A stretch of 64,000 nt of DNA, from assembly GCA_013265495.1 (NCBI GenBank), contig MU058000.1:124001-188000 (forward strand), written 5' to 3'. The notes below the pieces were generated by a model, which saw nothing but the letters and a program-made list of their open reading frames with translations, was not told the origin of the DNA and did not search any database. Below are positions 1 to 12,910 of the stretch, piece by piece (the first letter of the stretch is position 1; the number at the start of each line of letters is the position of its first letter). This DNA comes from Vicugna vicugna (lineage: Eukaryota). The position numbers and the translations under genes are program-made.

Positions 1-140
1 TACTTTTTTGTTTGTTTTTGTTCTGTTTGGAGGCAGGAGAGGTAATTGGGCTTATTTATTTTAATGGAGGTACTGGGGATTGAATCCAGGACCTCATGCA
101 TGCTAGGCACGCACTCTACTACTGAGCTATGCCCTCTCCC
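1..140 (-). mobile_element. Camelid tRNA-derived SINE (Vic-1-like)
   Basis: Reverse complement: GGGAGAGGGCATAGCTCAGTAGTAGAGTGCGTGCCTAGCATGCATGAGGTCCTGGATTCAATCCCCAGTACCTCC plus A-rich tail; Pol III A and B boxes; homologous to copies at 6809 and 52674. Confidence 0.9.
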
Positions 141-1069
141 AATTCATTGCGTATTTTAAGAGAGGTCTAAAAATCAGACACCCATTTAGAAGTGTTTACA
201 CATGTCTTGGGGTCAGAGGGTACATAAGGCTTTTTTTTTTTTTAAACCAGTTAATGTGGCAATATGACATCAGTGATTATATCTGAGCTAAAATCCAGAA
301 CTTCTGTTACCAACAAACTCCCTATTTCTTATAAAATACCATTCTAATCAAAAGTAGTAGATCTCCTTTAAAAGCACAAATTTATGAAATTTGAGAGTAG
401 GCAGCATATCTTCATTGGAAAATTTGAATAAAGAAGGCTTTCTAGGTATTTTCCAACTCTCATCGACAATACATTTTTTTAGTGAAGAACTATATGAAAT
501 CTACAGACCCTGTCATTAAAGATTATTGTGTTCTTCGTTCTAGACATAACTGAATTGTAAGTTACAGTCAACCCATGATCTTCTTATTAGCTTAATTTGA
601 GGACTTAATTTTTTCGATGAGAACACCAAGAGTGAGTTGAAGGAAGACAGAAGGAATAAAGAAACTTATCTCTTTCCCTTGATATCCCTCTTTAAATACA
701 TTTTTCTTGCCACTCCCTGATATAAAGGAAAAAGAACATACAAAGAATAACGAGGAAGGTCTTGAGATCCACACTTTTAATTTCTGTGAAATCACTTTAT
801 TTCTTAACATTAAAAACTAAACATACCCAAAAGGAAAGAAGTTTAAGAAATTTTGCCCCAAAAATGTTTTTGCATGTTAATAATGGGCAAATAGTATAAG
901 AAAGGGCTTCGTGGAAGAGTTTAGCAGTTTCTGCTGAAGGTGGCAGGGAAAGAAACTATGCTTGTGGATTTACTGGTCCCAAATCCACGTGTGTTTCCAG
1001 GGGGCGATGAAGACCAGTGGTGAGGCGGAAGGTATGCGAAGTGGAACTCAGCATTCCTGCTTTGTGGAG

Positions 1070-1260
1070 AGTCACAACTCCAGTAACGTCACTTGTATTT
1101 TGTGGTTTGGGGACTGTCACTTTCCCCTACCCTTCTAAGCTTCAGGCTTTTATTTGCAAAATGGGAATAAATAATGATGGTCTTTATTATCTCACACACA
1201 CAGGTAACTGATTATCGAGTAAGAGTGAATGTGAAAGTGCGTTGAAAATTGTCAAGTACT
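1070..1260 (+). mobile_element. MIR SINE remnant
   Basis: MIR core-like ctaagcttcaggcttttatttgcaaaatgggaataa and 3' tgtgaaagtgcgttgaaaattgt. Confidence 0.6.
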
Positions 1261-1595
1261 TTCTAAAAAGCAAGTTTTTTTAAAAAAAACAAAACAAAAC
1301 AGTGATCCTGTGAGGTACTTTCAACTCTAGTATCTCTCAAATGGAAAAAAAGGAGGTCAATGAAAATCTAAAATTATAGCTAATAATAATTAGACAACAG
1401 AGTAAGCAGAAACAAGGCAAACTTAATTAAAACTATATCCAATATTTAGAAGTATGTTTACTGTTCTACAGAAATCATCCAAAACGTAAAAGTAATAGAA
1501 GTGTAATGGCACATAAACTGCTTTTGTACATACTGTGCCCTCGGTGGAGAATGTTCCCTCCAGTCTCCTTATCTGGTTAAAACTTTTCCCCCCAA

Positions 1596-1895
1596 CATTA
1601 CGAGCATTTTCAAGCATACAGGAAATCTGAAAGAAATTTACAGAGATCACCCAAATACCCACTACCTAGATTCTACTATTAACATTCTGTTATATTTGCT
1701 TTATCACATATTAATCCATCTATCCATCCTCATGTCTGTCCATTAACCCAATTTATTTCTGGATGCATTACAAAGTAAATTGCGTACATTAGTACACTTT
1801 TCCCTAAATACTTCAGCATGCATAAAATTAACTCCAGTTGAATACTCTTAAGGTAAAATTTACATCTAATGGAACGTACAAATCTTAAGTGAACT
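1596..1895 (-). mobile_element. Old L1 3' UTR fragment (L1MB7/8-like)
   Basis: atacccactacctagattctactattaacatt...ccctaaatacttcagcatgcat...aggtaaaatttacat resembles the reverse of recalled L1MB 3' ends. Confidence 0.7.
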
Positions 1896-1914
1896 GGTTA
1901 ACTTTTATTATCTT

Positions 1915-2132
1915 TCAACACTTCCTCAGGGAAGGCTCCAGTACCTTTACCGACTCTGTCAAAGAGGCTCTCAGTTACATCATGAGCCTGTCCTTTGTAA
2001 CACTTATCAGAGTGCTAATGTTACATTTGCTTGTGGGTGGGGTGTATTTGCTCACCACTGTACCCCCAGTACTCCACCCAGTGCTTCCACAGACAAGGTA
2101 TTCAATAACTGCTTCCTGAATGAACAAGTGAA
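1915..2132 (+). mobile_element. L2 3' end remnant
   Basis: cttcctcagggaagg...ctcaccactgtacccccagtac...tattcaataactgcttcctgaatgaac, a typical L2 terminus. Confidence 0.6.
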
Positions 2133-3442
2133 TCTTATTCAGTGAAGGGAAGGGTTTCATTCATTTAATTTGTAAAGATTTACTAAATGCCTACTCTACA
2201 GCAGACACAGTTCTATAGGTGAGCTGAGCGAGAACGCAAGATGAGGCCAGAGGCGCTTGTGGCAGGATCTTAAAGAGCCTTTTAAGCCACAGTGAAGGTT
2301 TTGTATTTAATTCTGAATGAGACAGAAGGCCTTCTGAGGGTTTTGAGCAGAGGAGTGACATGCTCCAAAAGGAACCCTCTGATGTCTGCAGACTGCTGGC
2401 CCCTCAGCCCCCAGCAAAGGAAGCACTGGTGGAGGGTGGGAGTACTGTGAGGGGGGGAGTGAGGCACCTCACTCCCAGCCGGAGGCCAGCTGAGCAGTGG
2501 AGGCTATTTGGGTGGAGCTCCCCGAGAAATTTATTGGGAGAATGTACTGACTCCCCAGAAGGCCAACAGTGCCATACCAAAAGCTCCTGATTTACCCCCA
2601 ATACTCTCACATCTCAAGAATATGTGTTCTGACCATAAACTGTTGAAAATAACCTAAATATCTATAAATGGTTTCTCTAATGTTAGATTATTTAGGTTAT
2701 ATACTATTTTCTATTGGTGGTAGCCTTCTGTCTGAGGACAGCAAGATACATTAGAGGCGGCAAGGTACACTGGAGAAGACCACTGATGAGAAATCAGGAG
2801 GTAATGACGTTATATCTCAGGTTTCCCATTAGAGTCATAGGAACCTGGGAAGATCACTTAACCCATGGGCCTCAGTTTCCAAATCAGGAAAGCGGGAAAG
2901 TAGGATCTAAAAATCGCTAAGAGCTCTTCTGGCTCTAGCCTTAGTCCACTGTAGCTTTAACTTCTGTCCATAGTAGGTTAGGAGCTTTAAAAGTTTGGAA
3001 AGAGCATGGAAAATGGTTTTATAAAGGGAAAATAAAATAAGGAGAAAACCTTATAGGGGTTATTATGTATCCAGGAACACCTGTGGGGTGGAAAAATTTT
3101 CATTCTTCTTTGAAGAGCAAAGCTAATGACTACATAAGGAAAACTGGAAGAAAGACTTTATTGTTTTCTTGGGTATCTGTCCCATCAAATTACCAACTCC
3201 AAATATCTGTCATTTTGTATTTTTAGAACAGATACTTCTAAAAGCAGACAAAGGCCTTGCTTTTCTTTTCTTTTCTTTTCTCATTTCGTAACTGTCCTAA
3301 CTAAACACAAATAAAACAGAAGAAAGATTTTAGTTTCCCCTTCATCTAAAAGCGGCTAGTTAGCTTTTGGTGCCATTACCATTACTGTTACTCCATACTT
3401 TGGCTTCTCTTAAAGTTTCTGTGCCATCATGACTGTGCTCAC

Positions 3443-4340
3443 TGTGGAGAACAAATGTTGCCTGCCATTAAGCGATCAGCCACAGCAGCAACGCCCCTGA
3501 CACTGTGCCCTGATGGGAATTCAGGATGTGCAACCCAGCAGGATCCCGTGGGGCCTTCTCGGGCCAGACCCCGCCCCCACTATCATCTGCTTTAGCTCCT
3601 CTCTGAAGGCCCTAGATAATAGAATCTGATGCACATCTCCTTAGTTGTTTTACAGATGTTAAAACGACTAAATGTAAGAAATTAACTGCTTGATGATCCT
3701 GAGCACACAGTCCCCAGACCTACTGGGGACTAAAGATCGATAACGTTAACCCCTGTGACACCGCCCTGCTTCCTCACCATCAACCAGAGAATTGTGCACA
3801 GGCTGAGCACATGCCCCGGGACGCCCCTCCCTCACCCTGCCTTTAAAAATGCTTTGCTGAAGTCAGTCAGGGCATTCGGGTGTTTCTGAGCACCAGTTTG
3901 ATCTGAACCCCTCGCTTGGCCCCTGCAGTAAATGCTGCACTTTCCTTCACCACAACTCGGTGTCAGTAAATTGGCTTTATTATGCTCAGGTAAGCCGACC
4001 CCAGTTTGGTTCCGTAACAGATGGAGATAAACAGGATACTGGCCCTAGACAGTTAAGGCACATAACAAAGGAGTAATGCCAATGAGCCCAGACTCATGCA
4101 TAGAAAAAGCACGAAAATCATTAACTTGAGATGCTGGTTTTTGTGATTAGCAGTAATCTTTCCATGTTCTGTCACATTTTATTTCCAGCAAAAACTCCTA
4201 TGTATCCTGGCTGCCTCCTTACCTCTTTGGCACGGTTCCTCAGAGCTAACGGAGAGGGGTTATAGAATCCTCAGTAAGGTCACCAAATAAAACATAATTC
4301 TTACTTATAAGCTGTGCATTTTTTTCCCCCTTAGTTGACA
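3443..4340 (+). mobile_element. ERV1-class solo LTR (cetartiodactyl MER41-like), interrupted by a second LTR
   Basis: TG...CA termini (TGTGGA...TTGACA), AATAAA near 4286; the halves rejoin as ggaattcagGATGgagataaacaggatactggccc once the insert is removed. Confidence 0.75.
3529..4019 (+). mobile_element. ERV1-class solo LTR (491 bp) nested in the LTR above
   Basis: TGCAAC...GTAACA termini, 4-bp TSD GATG (3525-3528 and 4020-4023), TATA-like ctttaaaa (~3841) and AGTAAA poly(A)-like signal (~3927). Confidence 0.85.
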
Positions 4341-4439
4341 ACACGAAGGCCCATCTTCCTGGAATATTCTCTACACACTGCTTAAATTAGCTCACTGATA
4401 CTCCTTCTGCAAACCTCGGCTTGGTCACTACGTCCTCTA

Positions 4440-4670
4440 ACATGGCACAGGCTCTGGAATGGTCTGCCCGAGTTGAAACCCTGGTTTACTTACCTACGGG
4501 CTGTGTGTGCCTGAGGAAGCAGTTCCTGGGTCCCTCTACACTGTATAAATAGGAATGATAATGGCACCCACAGCGCAGAACCACTTAAAGGATCAAATAC
4601 ATCAACACTTGTAAAGTGCTTAGAGTAGGGAGGGGCACCAGTGAGCACTCAGGAAACACTAGCTGTTGTT
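4440..4670 (+). mobile_element. MIR SINE remnant
   Basis: gctctggaat...gttgaaaccctgg...ctgtgtgtgcctgaggaagc...aggatcaaatac...gtaaagtgcttagagtag. Confidence 0.6.
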
Positions 4671-6808
4671 AGTTACAAGGATGACACCAGTTAATATTCT
4701 GTGAACGTGTGGGTTAGGTGCCCATCCTTGGTGCTTCCTACACACGCACACGCCTCCTATCACGTGTATAATCTTTTTCTAACTGTGTGTTTACTTATTC
4801 CTTTCCATAGACTGCACATTTCTTAAAGGCAGGACTATTAATATTTCGCCCTGTATTTCCAGTGCTGAGTACCTGGACTTGCTGTTAGACACAATAGGTT
4901 TTAGTGTTATATTTAAAAAAGAAACCCTTCTCAACACAAAGATCAATAAAGACTTATTTAGAATTTATAAGTGGTGTGGGAAAATACATATAGTACAAAT
5001 TATTTCTAAAGGTAGAGTTTAAAAACTAACTTTTTGAGGGATATTGAATATTTCTAAACAGACTTAAAATTAATAATTAAAACAACAACAACTGGAAGAA
5101 AAATGAGGCACAGTCAGGGTGAGTTAAATGGTCCAGACTGAGTTAAAGAGAGGAAGATGAGAATAAAATCTTCTGTGGACCTGATCAGGTGCAGAAGGAG
5201 ATGTGGGATCAGAAGAGCAACCTGTCACCTGTGGACGAGCTGACAGGTGCTTAGCCGTGCTAGGCCGTGGTGAGGACACTGGACACAGGGCAGACACTGA
5301 GAAATGCTAACCACTTCCCCGAATACTGCAAAGCCCTTGCCCCAAGGCCTCAAGACATGCTACAGTAGGCAATCACACTCCCCTCTTCCATATTTAACAT
5401 GGAACAGAGGGTCCTGATGTGGAACACTGATAAGGAAAGATCCTTGTTCTGGCTGAGGCAGGGTCCAGGCTAATTTACTTAAAAGCTTCTCGGTGAGGTG
5501 AACATAATTAATCTTCTCTGTTCTCAACGTAAAGGGTTATTTTCTTTTTTTTTTTAAAGAGATGTCCTGTGTTCTCAAAGAGAATGACAAAACAAATTAA
5601 TCATTTTCCATTACTCCGCACACAGCACTTGGATGTTGAAAGAGCATGTGAACAGTTAATCCCCCTATATGGATGAGTTTCTGGTGACAGGCAGAGCAGA
5701 TCTAAATAGAAATCAGGCAAGGTATTTTATTTTTATCACTGTGGCTTTGGCACTTAATTCAAAAACAACTCAGATCAACTCTGCCTATACTTTTAACATT
5801 TGCTTTCATAATTAATCCTTTTTCGAACACTTAGAAACACTCCTTTGAATCTTGTACAAAGTATTCCCCTGGCCAACTGCTGCCAAAGCAGACAGAGGCA
5901 GGGGGTACCTAGAATATTTTAAAACTATCGAAAATTCAACTGAACGATCTCTTAAGGAAACCCAACTGCTAGGCCATCCTTAGTTCAGTGTACCAATAAT
6001 CTGAAGTTATGGCAATACATTTTAGCACATAGCTTACCTAAATAATTAACGTTAAAGGTGAATACTAAGTATGTTTGAGAGGCTCTGTTAAGGTACATGC
6101 TGAATGGTTGAACAGAAGGGCAAGAGAGGGCAGATGAAGTATATGTGAGCAAAAGTACATATTAAAAAAAAAATAAATTTATCTAGTTTCTTAACTTTCA
6201 ACCTTTGTGAAAGATGGACCATGAAAGCCAGTGGGCATAATACAGCTGACAATACTACTTGAGCAAATTCATCTGACATTTGCCACAGACAATTGTTTTC
6301 CTGAAATTTCAATTGCTAGAAAGTTTTTTTCTTTTTCCCAAATGAAAGCCATGTATTCATTCAACTGGACAACAATGAAGCTTTGTGGCTTGGTGGTTAG
6401 TATGAAAAGGACTTAGTCTTGCCAAAACAATTTGAAATTTTGAACTTAGGCTCCCTCCCCCTACTTCTTTTTAACACACTCAACTAAAATGAACAAGTTC
6501 TGCAGCCTTTACTAGACACATTAAAGGAAAACAAAACAACAAAAACAAAAACAAAAACCTGAAGTAGTCAAAACCACATGATTTTGGACATTTAAAGTAT
6601 TCTAAAAACTCAAGAAAACATGCAATACTCTGGAAATTAGGCAGGATTTCACAGCACTTATTACACAGAGACTGGATAGGACATTCAGTCTTCCCTTTAT
6701 CCAACAGCATTTACTAGGCACCTACTATGTGCAAGTCAAACTATAACATTACTACATCAGACTCCATTCTCCTAAGGCTAACCAGATTTAGTTCAAAGAT
6801 ATTCTTTT

Positions 6809-6932
6809 GGGGGTAGGGTGTATCTCAGTGGTAGAGCGCATGCTTAGCATGCAGAAGGTCCTGGGTTTAATCCCCAGTACCTCCAATTAAAAAATAATAA
6901 AAAAATTTAAAAAGAAGTATAAAAATTTAAAA
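6809..6932 (+). mobile_element. Camelid tRNA-derived SINE
   Basis: GGGGGTAGGGTGTATCTCAGTGGTAGAGCGCATGCTTAGCATGCAGAAGGTCCTGGGTTTAATCCCCAGTACCTCC plus A-rich tail; imperfect TSD aaagatattcttt (6795-6807) / aaagattttctct (6933-6945). Confidence 0.9.
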
Positions 6933-7508
6933 AAAGATTTTCTCTCAGTTCCTGAGAGAAAACAAATCATTAGGGAAATAGAGAGAAATATGTATACTAT
7001 TATTTTTCATTAACTGCCTTTTTTTCCTTATTAAAACTGGAAAATTTTAAATTATAGAGACTGTGCCTTACTATTCTTTGAACCTCTGGCATTAACACGT
7101 AATAGCTACTCAATAAATGTTCATTGAACTTGATGCTGTAATTGCTTCTCAGTCATCCAGCAACTGGACAAGAGTACCCTATTTCTTTTTTGTCCTAAGA
7201 AATATATTGTTCATTCACTGATTTCTGAGTTTGCAAAAAGTTCATCTAGGATATTATCATTTTAAGACTCAAAGTCTTTTTGCTTATACAATCAATTTCA
7301 CCATCATTAGTATCTAGAATGCTACTGTCTCTTTATATCCATCTTCTGATTCATCTAATAACTGAAATGTCTTCCTCTGTCAGTTTCCTTCTCTTTGTCA
7401 TTATGGGAGAAAATGAGTAATTCTGAATTCCCAACCTGCATACAGTAAGAGTAATAATAATAATGAAAAGGACTATAAAATTTCTCCTTGAAAGATAATA
7501 CAATATTT

Positions 7509-7934
7509 TGATGGGAGGTACTTCTCCATGGGACTGCTACATGTCTTAGGACGGCTTTTGTCCCAGAGTAGCTTTTTAAGAATGTCTGTACAGCAAACAG
7601 ACTTGGAAAATAGAGACTGTCTTCCTCTGAGCAAAGCTTGGGTAGAATTTCTTACAGCTCCTTTGTAAGATCAGGCGTTCCATAGGCTCAGGTTTCCTCA
7701 GGTATAACACAAATTCATTGCATGCGCAAAACCCGCCTGGACCCATCTCTGCACTGCCCCGACGGGACTTGGGAGGTAAAAGGAAGGATACAAGTGTGTA
7801 GCTCATGGGGCCAGCTGTGCTGTGAGTAATAAAGTCCTTTGTCTGGTGTCTTCTTCCAGCACCCATGAAAGTGTGGCAGGCTAACTTGGTAACTTGTGAG
7901 TGGGGTAAAAATCTCAGACTCTTCAGTTCTGATA
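7509..7934 (+). mobile_element. ERVL-class solo LTR (LTR40-like)
   Basis: 5' tgatgggaggtacttctccatggg, aataaagtcctttgtct, 3' gtggcaggctaacttg...ggtaaaatctcagactcttcagttctgata; 5-bp TSD tattt/tactt. Confidence 0.75.
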
Positions 7935-9209
7935 TACTTTGGACAACACAATAAGAAAACTGAAATATTATGGTATAGGGGTGATTCAGTTCACTTAGTG
8001 TAACATCCTTCTGTGTGATCCAATTATCCCTCCATTTTCATATTATTTTTGTCTCTTCTAGCATACTTGGGAACAACTAAAAAATAACAACAAAGTAATT
8101 TTTAGGATGATGAAATAGGAAAATGTTTTAAGAAAATAAGATCACCCAGATTCATTTTGTACCTTAGATTTATATAATAGGCATCAATAGACCCATATAG
8201 TATTTGCAAGACAGAATGACTATTTTTTTATCTTAAAAATTAGAAAATTTTCTTTGTCCTTTGTAAGATCTTAAAAAAAAAAAGGATAAGAGTTAAAAAA
8301 AAATTTCAATCCTTACCAAAAGAAATTAATAGGCCAAAATTGGATCCAATTGACCCTAATGGTACACTGAGGATTAAACCACCCTTGAAAAGCTCTCTGC
8401 CTTTTATCATCGCCTCTCAGAATCCTCTTCTCCCGTTCAGCGGCAAATTTCTCCTTCCTGTGAGCCTATGTAAATCACTTCTATGGGGTCTGATATGAAG
8501 TCTGGTAGTTCATGAAACACTCGTCAAACGCTGCCTTGCAAGATAAACCATGCTTTACACTCAGTTCTTTGCACGGGTTAATTGGTTGTCACTTGTTGAA
8601 TGGAGAAATGAATGAAAGAAATGAATGAATGGAGAAATGAGTGTGATGCTAAGGAGGAGGATTAACATAAAAATAGAAATAAGAGAAGGAATGAGGGAGG
8701 CAGGTAATTTACATCTTAGTCAATACGCCAAAAGCAAATGGATAGAATAGCCCATTTGCTCAATATATTGATTTACAAAACAACATATTTGGTTTTTAAC
8801 TCTTCATATGGTTTCCAAAGATACTGCTTTGTAAATTGGCCAATTTGCTAAGATTTATTAAAACCAGAGAATTAATCATTTGGTGAACTCATGACTGGGC
8901 AAAGTTGCCCTCCAAGTTAGACCTGACAAGGTTCAATTTTATTAAGAAGCTAAAAGTAAGCACCCTAGTTTCTTGGAAAATTTTTTAAAAAATGTTTGAG
9001 AAGAAATCTTACAACTGTTGTTCTGGTAAGTTAGAAATAATACATAGTAGGGGCACACTACAAGATAATATCAGTAGAAAAGGCATGAAATTAATTCATG
9101 GAAGTCAACAGGACTACATCCAACAGATGTGCAGGCAGAGAAACACCAGGCTCTAGGGTCTGGACTGTAAAGGCACATTCTTAAAGGGCACATCGAAGAC
9201 GGCTCAAAC

Positions 9210-9310
9210 CAGTGATTCTCACCCACAACTGCACATCAGAATCATCTGAGGAATTTTAACAGATACTGGGTCCTACCTCAGGTCAATTGAATCTGGGGGC
9301 AGGAATGTGC
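9210..9310 (+). mobile_element. MER5A-like hAT-Charlie MITE fragment
   Basis: cagtgattctc...ctgcacatcagaatcatctgagga...tgaatctggggg. Confidence 0.6.
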
Positions 9311-9559
9311 TGAACTAAAATTATTAGGATTATTAAATAAGCATTACTAACCTCAATTTCTGAGATGCTAAATTTGAAACTATTAAACTGAATTTTGGAG
9401 GTAAAACGTATATGATACAGAGTGCCACGGCACACAGCCAGTGTGGCAACACTAGGACCAGAATGCAAATGTCCTGACTGATGAGACAAAACTTTTCAGC
9501 CTATATGTTGCTCGTGTGACTGGTAAAGGCAGTGCACATATAAGGGAGGAATGCTCTTT

Positions 9560-9740
9560 AAAATTAGAAAAGGACTTTCCCATCCATTACCTTTGATCTT
9601 CTCAGCAAGCCTGTGATACAAGCAGGGAAAGTATTAGGCCCAGTTCATGGATAACAGAAATTAGAATCAGAGAGGTTGAGTGAGTCGCCCACGGGACAGA
9701 ACCAGGACTCACAACAGATCTTCTAACTCTCAGTCCACCA
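9560..9740 (-). mobile_element. MIR SINE remnant
   Basis: tttgatcttctcagcaagcctgtga...gaaattagaatcagagaggttgagtgagtcgccc...cttctaactctcagtcca. Confidence 0.6.
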
Positions 9741-11149
9741 AATCCTAATCATTCTCTAAGAAATCTGGAGATCACCTGCCCTTTGCCTTATCCTCTCGGT
9801 GAACTCCGACAAGTCTGGGGACAAATACACTCTTCTTCAAGGAAAAACTAGTGTCTAACGTGGAGTTTTGAGGTGTTGCAAAGCAAAATGAGTTGTGAGG
9901 TAGAAATGACAGGGATAAAGCTGAAAACAGTAAGTTTTCTGAAAAGATATAAAGGGAGTATTCCACAGAATCCAGGTCTTTAAAGTCAGTAAGTCAAACC
10001 CAATGTGCTTTAGACTATCTGGTTAATGTCTGATGGTAGTGAAACAAAAAAGTCAAGGATGGCCTTTGCTGTGGATATAGGTAGAGACTGAGATGCCAGT
10101 AGAGAAAAATATTGAAGAAGCTCCAGAAAATCACTTACGAACACCAACCAGACAAAATAATTAAGAAAAGAGCCTAAAGAGAATAATGAGGGTATGGCTA
10201 TTTTGGTGGTTTGGACTTTTACTGTTTGATGTTCAAATATAATGTATTCGGAGGCAGTGACAGGATAAAATCGTTCACTAACATTAAATAATTAACATAA
10301 GACCACTTTGGATATTTATGTTAATACTGCTAATAGTGATAGTTTATACTCTCTCCAGCCTTTCATCTGAGATCAAAGTTTGTTAAAAGCCCTAAACAAA
10401 CTTTATAAACAGTTTTGTAAGTGGAATTAGAGCATTAAAAAAAAATCAACTGAGGCATTTACTATCACTGAGCAAGCTCAAGACGGAAATAGCAATGCAA
10501 CCGAGGGGCACGCCGACTCTCTTCTCCAACATTCACAAGGCAGAAAACTTGATCGAAGTTGCTTTATTAAACTCTGTTTACCAAAAGGTAGGTTGAAGGC
10601 ATATTCTGACAATTCTAGATACGGCCCAAGAATGTCAGTGTCCTATTTATGACTCTACTTCTCTGTCCTGCTCAAGGTAAACAGGGGATCTGCTTGTTAA
10701 TTTTCTTCCTCTTCACTTTGTATCATTCACTAGATACTTGTAAAGCATTCCTTACTCATGTCTTCATTACTCTCAAGAGTCACAAGTGGAATATGTGGAA
10801 TGGAAAGAACACGGAGTCACAACTCAGGACACTTGAACTCTAGCCCTAGTTCTGCCACTCTTGGCAATTCATATAAACTCCTCTGGCCTCCAGACTTCTT
10901 ATTTATGTGGGCGAGGGGTTTTGACAAGGGTCTCTAAGAGTTCTTCCAGGTGTAACATTATCTAAAATGTGAGATCCATGGCAGCAGGGACCTAATCTGA
11001 TGTGACACTGCTGAAACATGGCAGGGATTCAATAAGCATCTGTTACATACCATTACATGATTAAAGCGGGGTGAATTGTTTAAAGGAGACTATTGGTAGG
11101 GGTGGAAATTTGTGAAGATCGACTTTTTAATTCTTCCTAGACTACAGCC

Positions 11150-11340
11150 TATTAGATAAAAGAGCTTTTAAACATCACCTAGTCCAGCCCAATCACTGAA
11201 AAAAAAAAAAAGGAAAATTAAGATGAAGAGAGGTTAAACAACTTGCCAAGCAAGGGTCATATACCTGGTTATGGGGGAGACATGACCAGAACCTATCTTT
11301 TCTGACTCTAAATCAAGTGCTGTTTTTTCATATCACTTCC
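11150..11340 (-). mobile_element. MIR/MIR3 remnant
   Basis: atcacctagtccagccc...gagaggttaaacaacttgcc...ccagaacctatcttttctgactctaaatc. Confidence 0.6.
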
Positions 11341-12334
11341 CATCATTTTAACCTAGGAATACAATAATTTTCAGCTGAAACCTGTAGGCAGTTGGTTAAA
11401 ATTAGGGGCACAAAATGAAAAATTCCCAAATCAGCTTTTTTATGTAAAGACTACTTCAAACATGGTAACAGACACTACTCCCACCAACTATATATGAAGG
11501 GTTTAGTACCTGTATGTTGTTTTATAGTTAAGTTAGGATTTTAAAAAAAAGTAAATACACTACTACTCTGAGATTTCACCCAGATATGTTCTCTTAAAGA
11601 GAACAGAAACCATTTCTTATATGTATCATATTTTTCAGAAAGATACTTGAGAAAGTGTTTTGTAATATACACTCATATCATCTTCACAACATAAAGCAAA
11701 AGCTTTTTACCCAGAGAATGCACTGTTATTGATAGTATTTGGAACAGGACTATAAAACACATTATCAAGCAAGGCAGTCAGGCACCCAGACTACTTATCA
11801 GCAACAAATATGAAGCTGTCAGTCTGACCTCCAAACACTGAGCAATTCGATAATACTAAATTCATCTGCTGGTAAAGCTGCATTCATTATGTAATTTCTC
11901 AAAGATACTTTCGCTGTGTCACCGCATTGATGAAAAATTTGACAGGGCTGTGAGGTACCATTTTTGCAGGCTGAAGGAAGTCTTACATTTTTAAACTGGT
12001 CATCATCTTTGGCCACAAGGTTGCAACTCTGTATACACAGCACATTTGTTTTAGCAGTATTTTCTTCATTTGAACATAAGCACAGTTGTGTTTTTGAAAT
12101 TTAACCCTTTGAAGCTGACCCCATTATTGGAAATCATACATATGTTAATACTGACCAAAACAGAATACAGGCTCTGTGTTTTGGGACAAGGTGGTGAAAG
12201 GAGAAAGTCTAGATTGTTTCAACCAAGATCCCTCATGAGAGATTCATGAGGATATTTCCGCTTGCCCTCGAAGTGAATATACAGAAGGTAGACTAACATT
12301 AGAGCAGTGGGAAACTTGGCAGAACGGGCTAGGA

Positions 12335-12642
12335 CAGGGTTTGTGCAAAACCTTTTTCCGGTTTCAGTTTGAATGGGTTCCCAGGAAGTGTCAAGTTCGA
12401 ACAAATCCAAAATTTTACAATGTAGCTCAGCCAAAACTGCTGAGATTCACCTGATTCTGGGTCAAAATCGTACAGAGCACACTGCGTTTTATTTGGTGTA
12501 AAGCCAATTTGACTGAACCTTTCAGGCAACTTCAATGAGAGGCTTATAGCCTTGGCAAAACCAAAAATGAACCTAGCTTGATCTTTGGTTTTGAAACAGC
12601 AAGTTCTGGCTTTATAAAGAGATAGATTCTTACAAATACTTA
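12335..12642. mobile_element. Probable ancient hAT-type non-autonomous DNA transposon (~310 bp; MamRep38/OldhAT1-like, name is a guess)
   Basis: Degenerate terminal inverted ends (cagggtttgtgcaaaa ... ttcttacaaatactta), several CpG-decayed GAACCG/CGGTTC-type motifs, 38-bp near-palindrome at 12556-12593. Confidence 0.4.
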
Positions 12643-12910
12643 GAAGAGGCATTGCAAATAATTAACAGTTATTTGGCCACATTTACATACTCAAGTCAGT
12701 TATTTCCTGAGCTAAACCGGGACACTTTAGTAAGTACATTAACTATACTCGGTCCATATACTCCTAAGTGCCCCAGGGCAGAATCTGGTATCCTAGCAAA
12801 GAGTAACAGTCCTTCAACAACTTATGTGCCTGTAGTCACTTGCACACATAGTTGGAGGAAGCACAATTAGTGCTAGATCCATGGTGGGAAGGAAAGAAAA
12901 TTGAAAGTCT

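Noticed and set aside
991..1010. CCAGGGGGCG CTCF-like core
   Set aside because: Lacks the conserved 5' CC of the CTCF motif.
5217..5251. Short hairpins (agcaacctgtca...tgacaggtgct here; ggttttggt/accaaaacc at 42821-42842; cagctggttt/aaatcagctg near 23785)
   Set aside because: Stems of 9-11 bp are expected by chance in this length of DNA; too short for pre-miRNA and no supporting context.
6809..6885. tRNA-like sequence with A/B boxes (also at 68-140 and 52676-52745)
   Set aside because: SINE heads with A-rich tails (TSDs visible for two copies), not tRNA genes.
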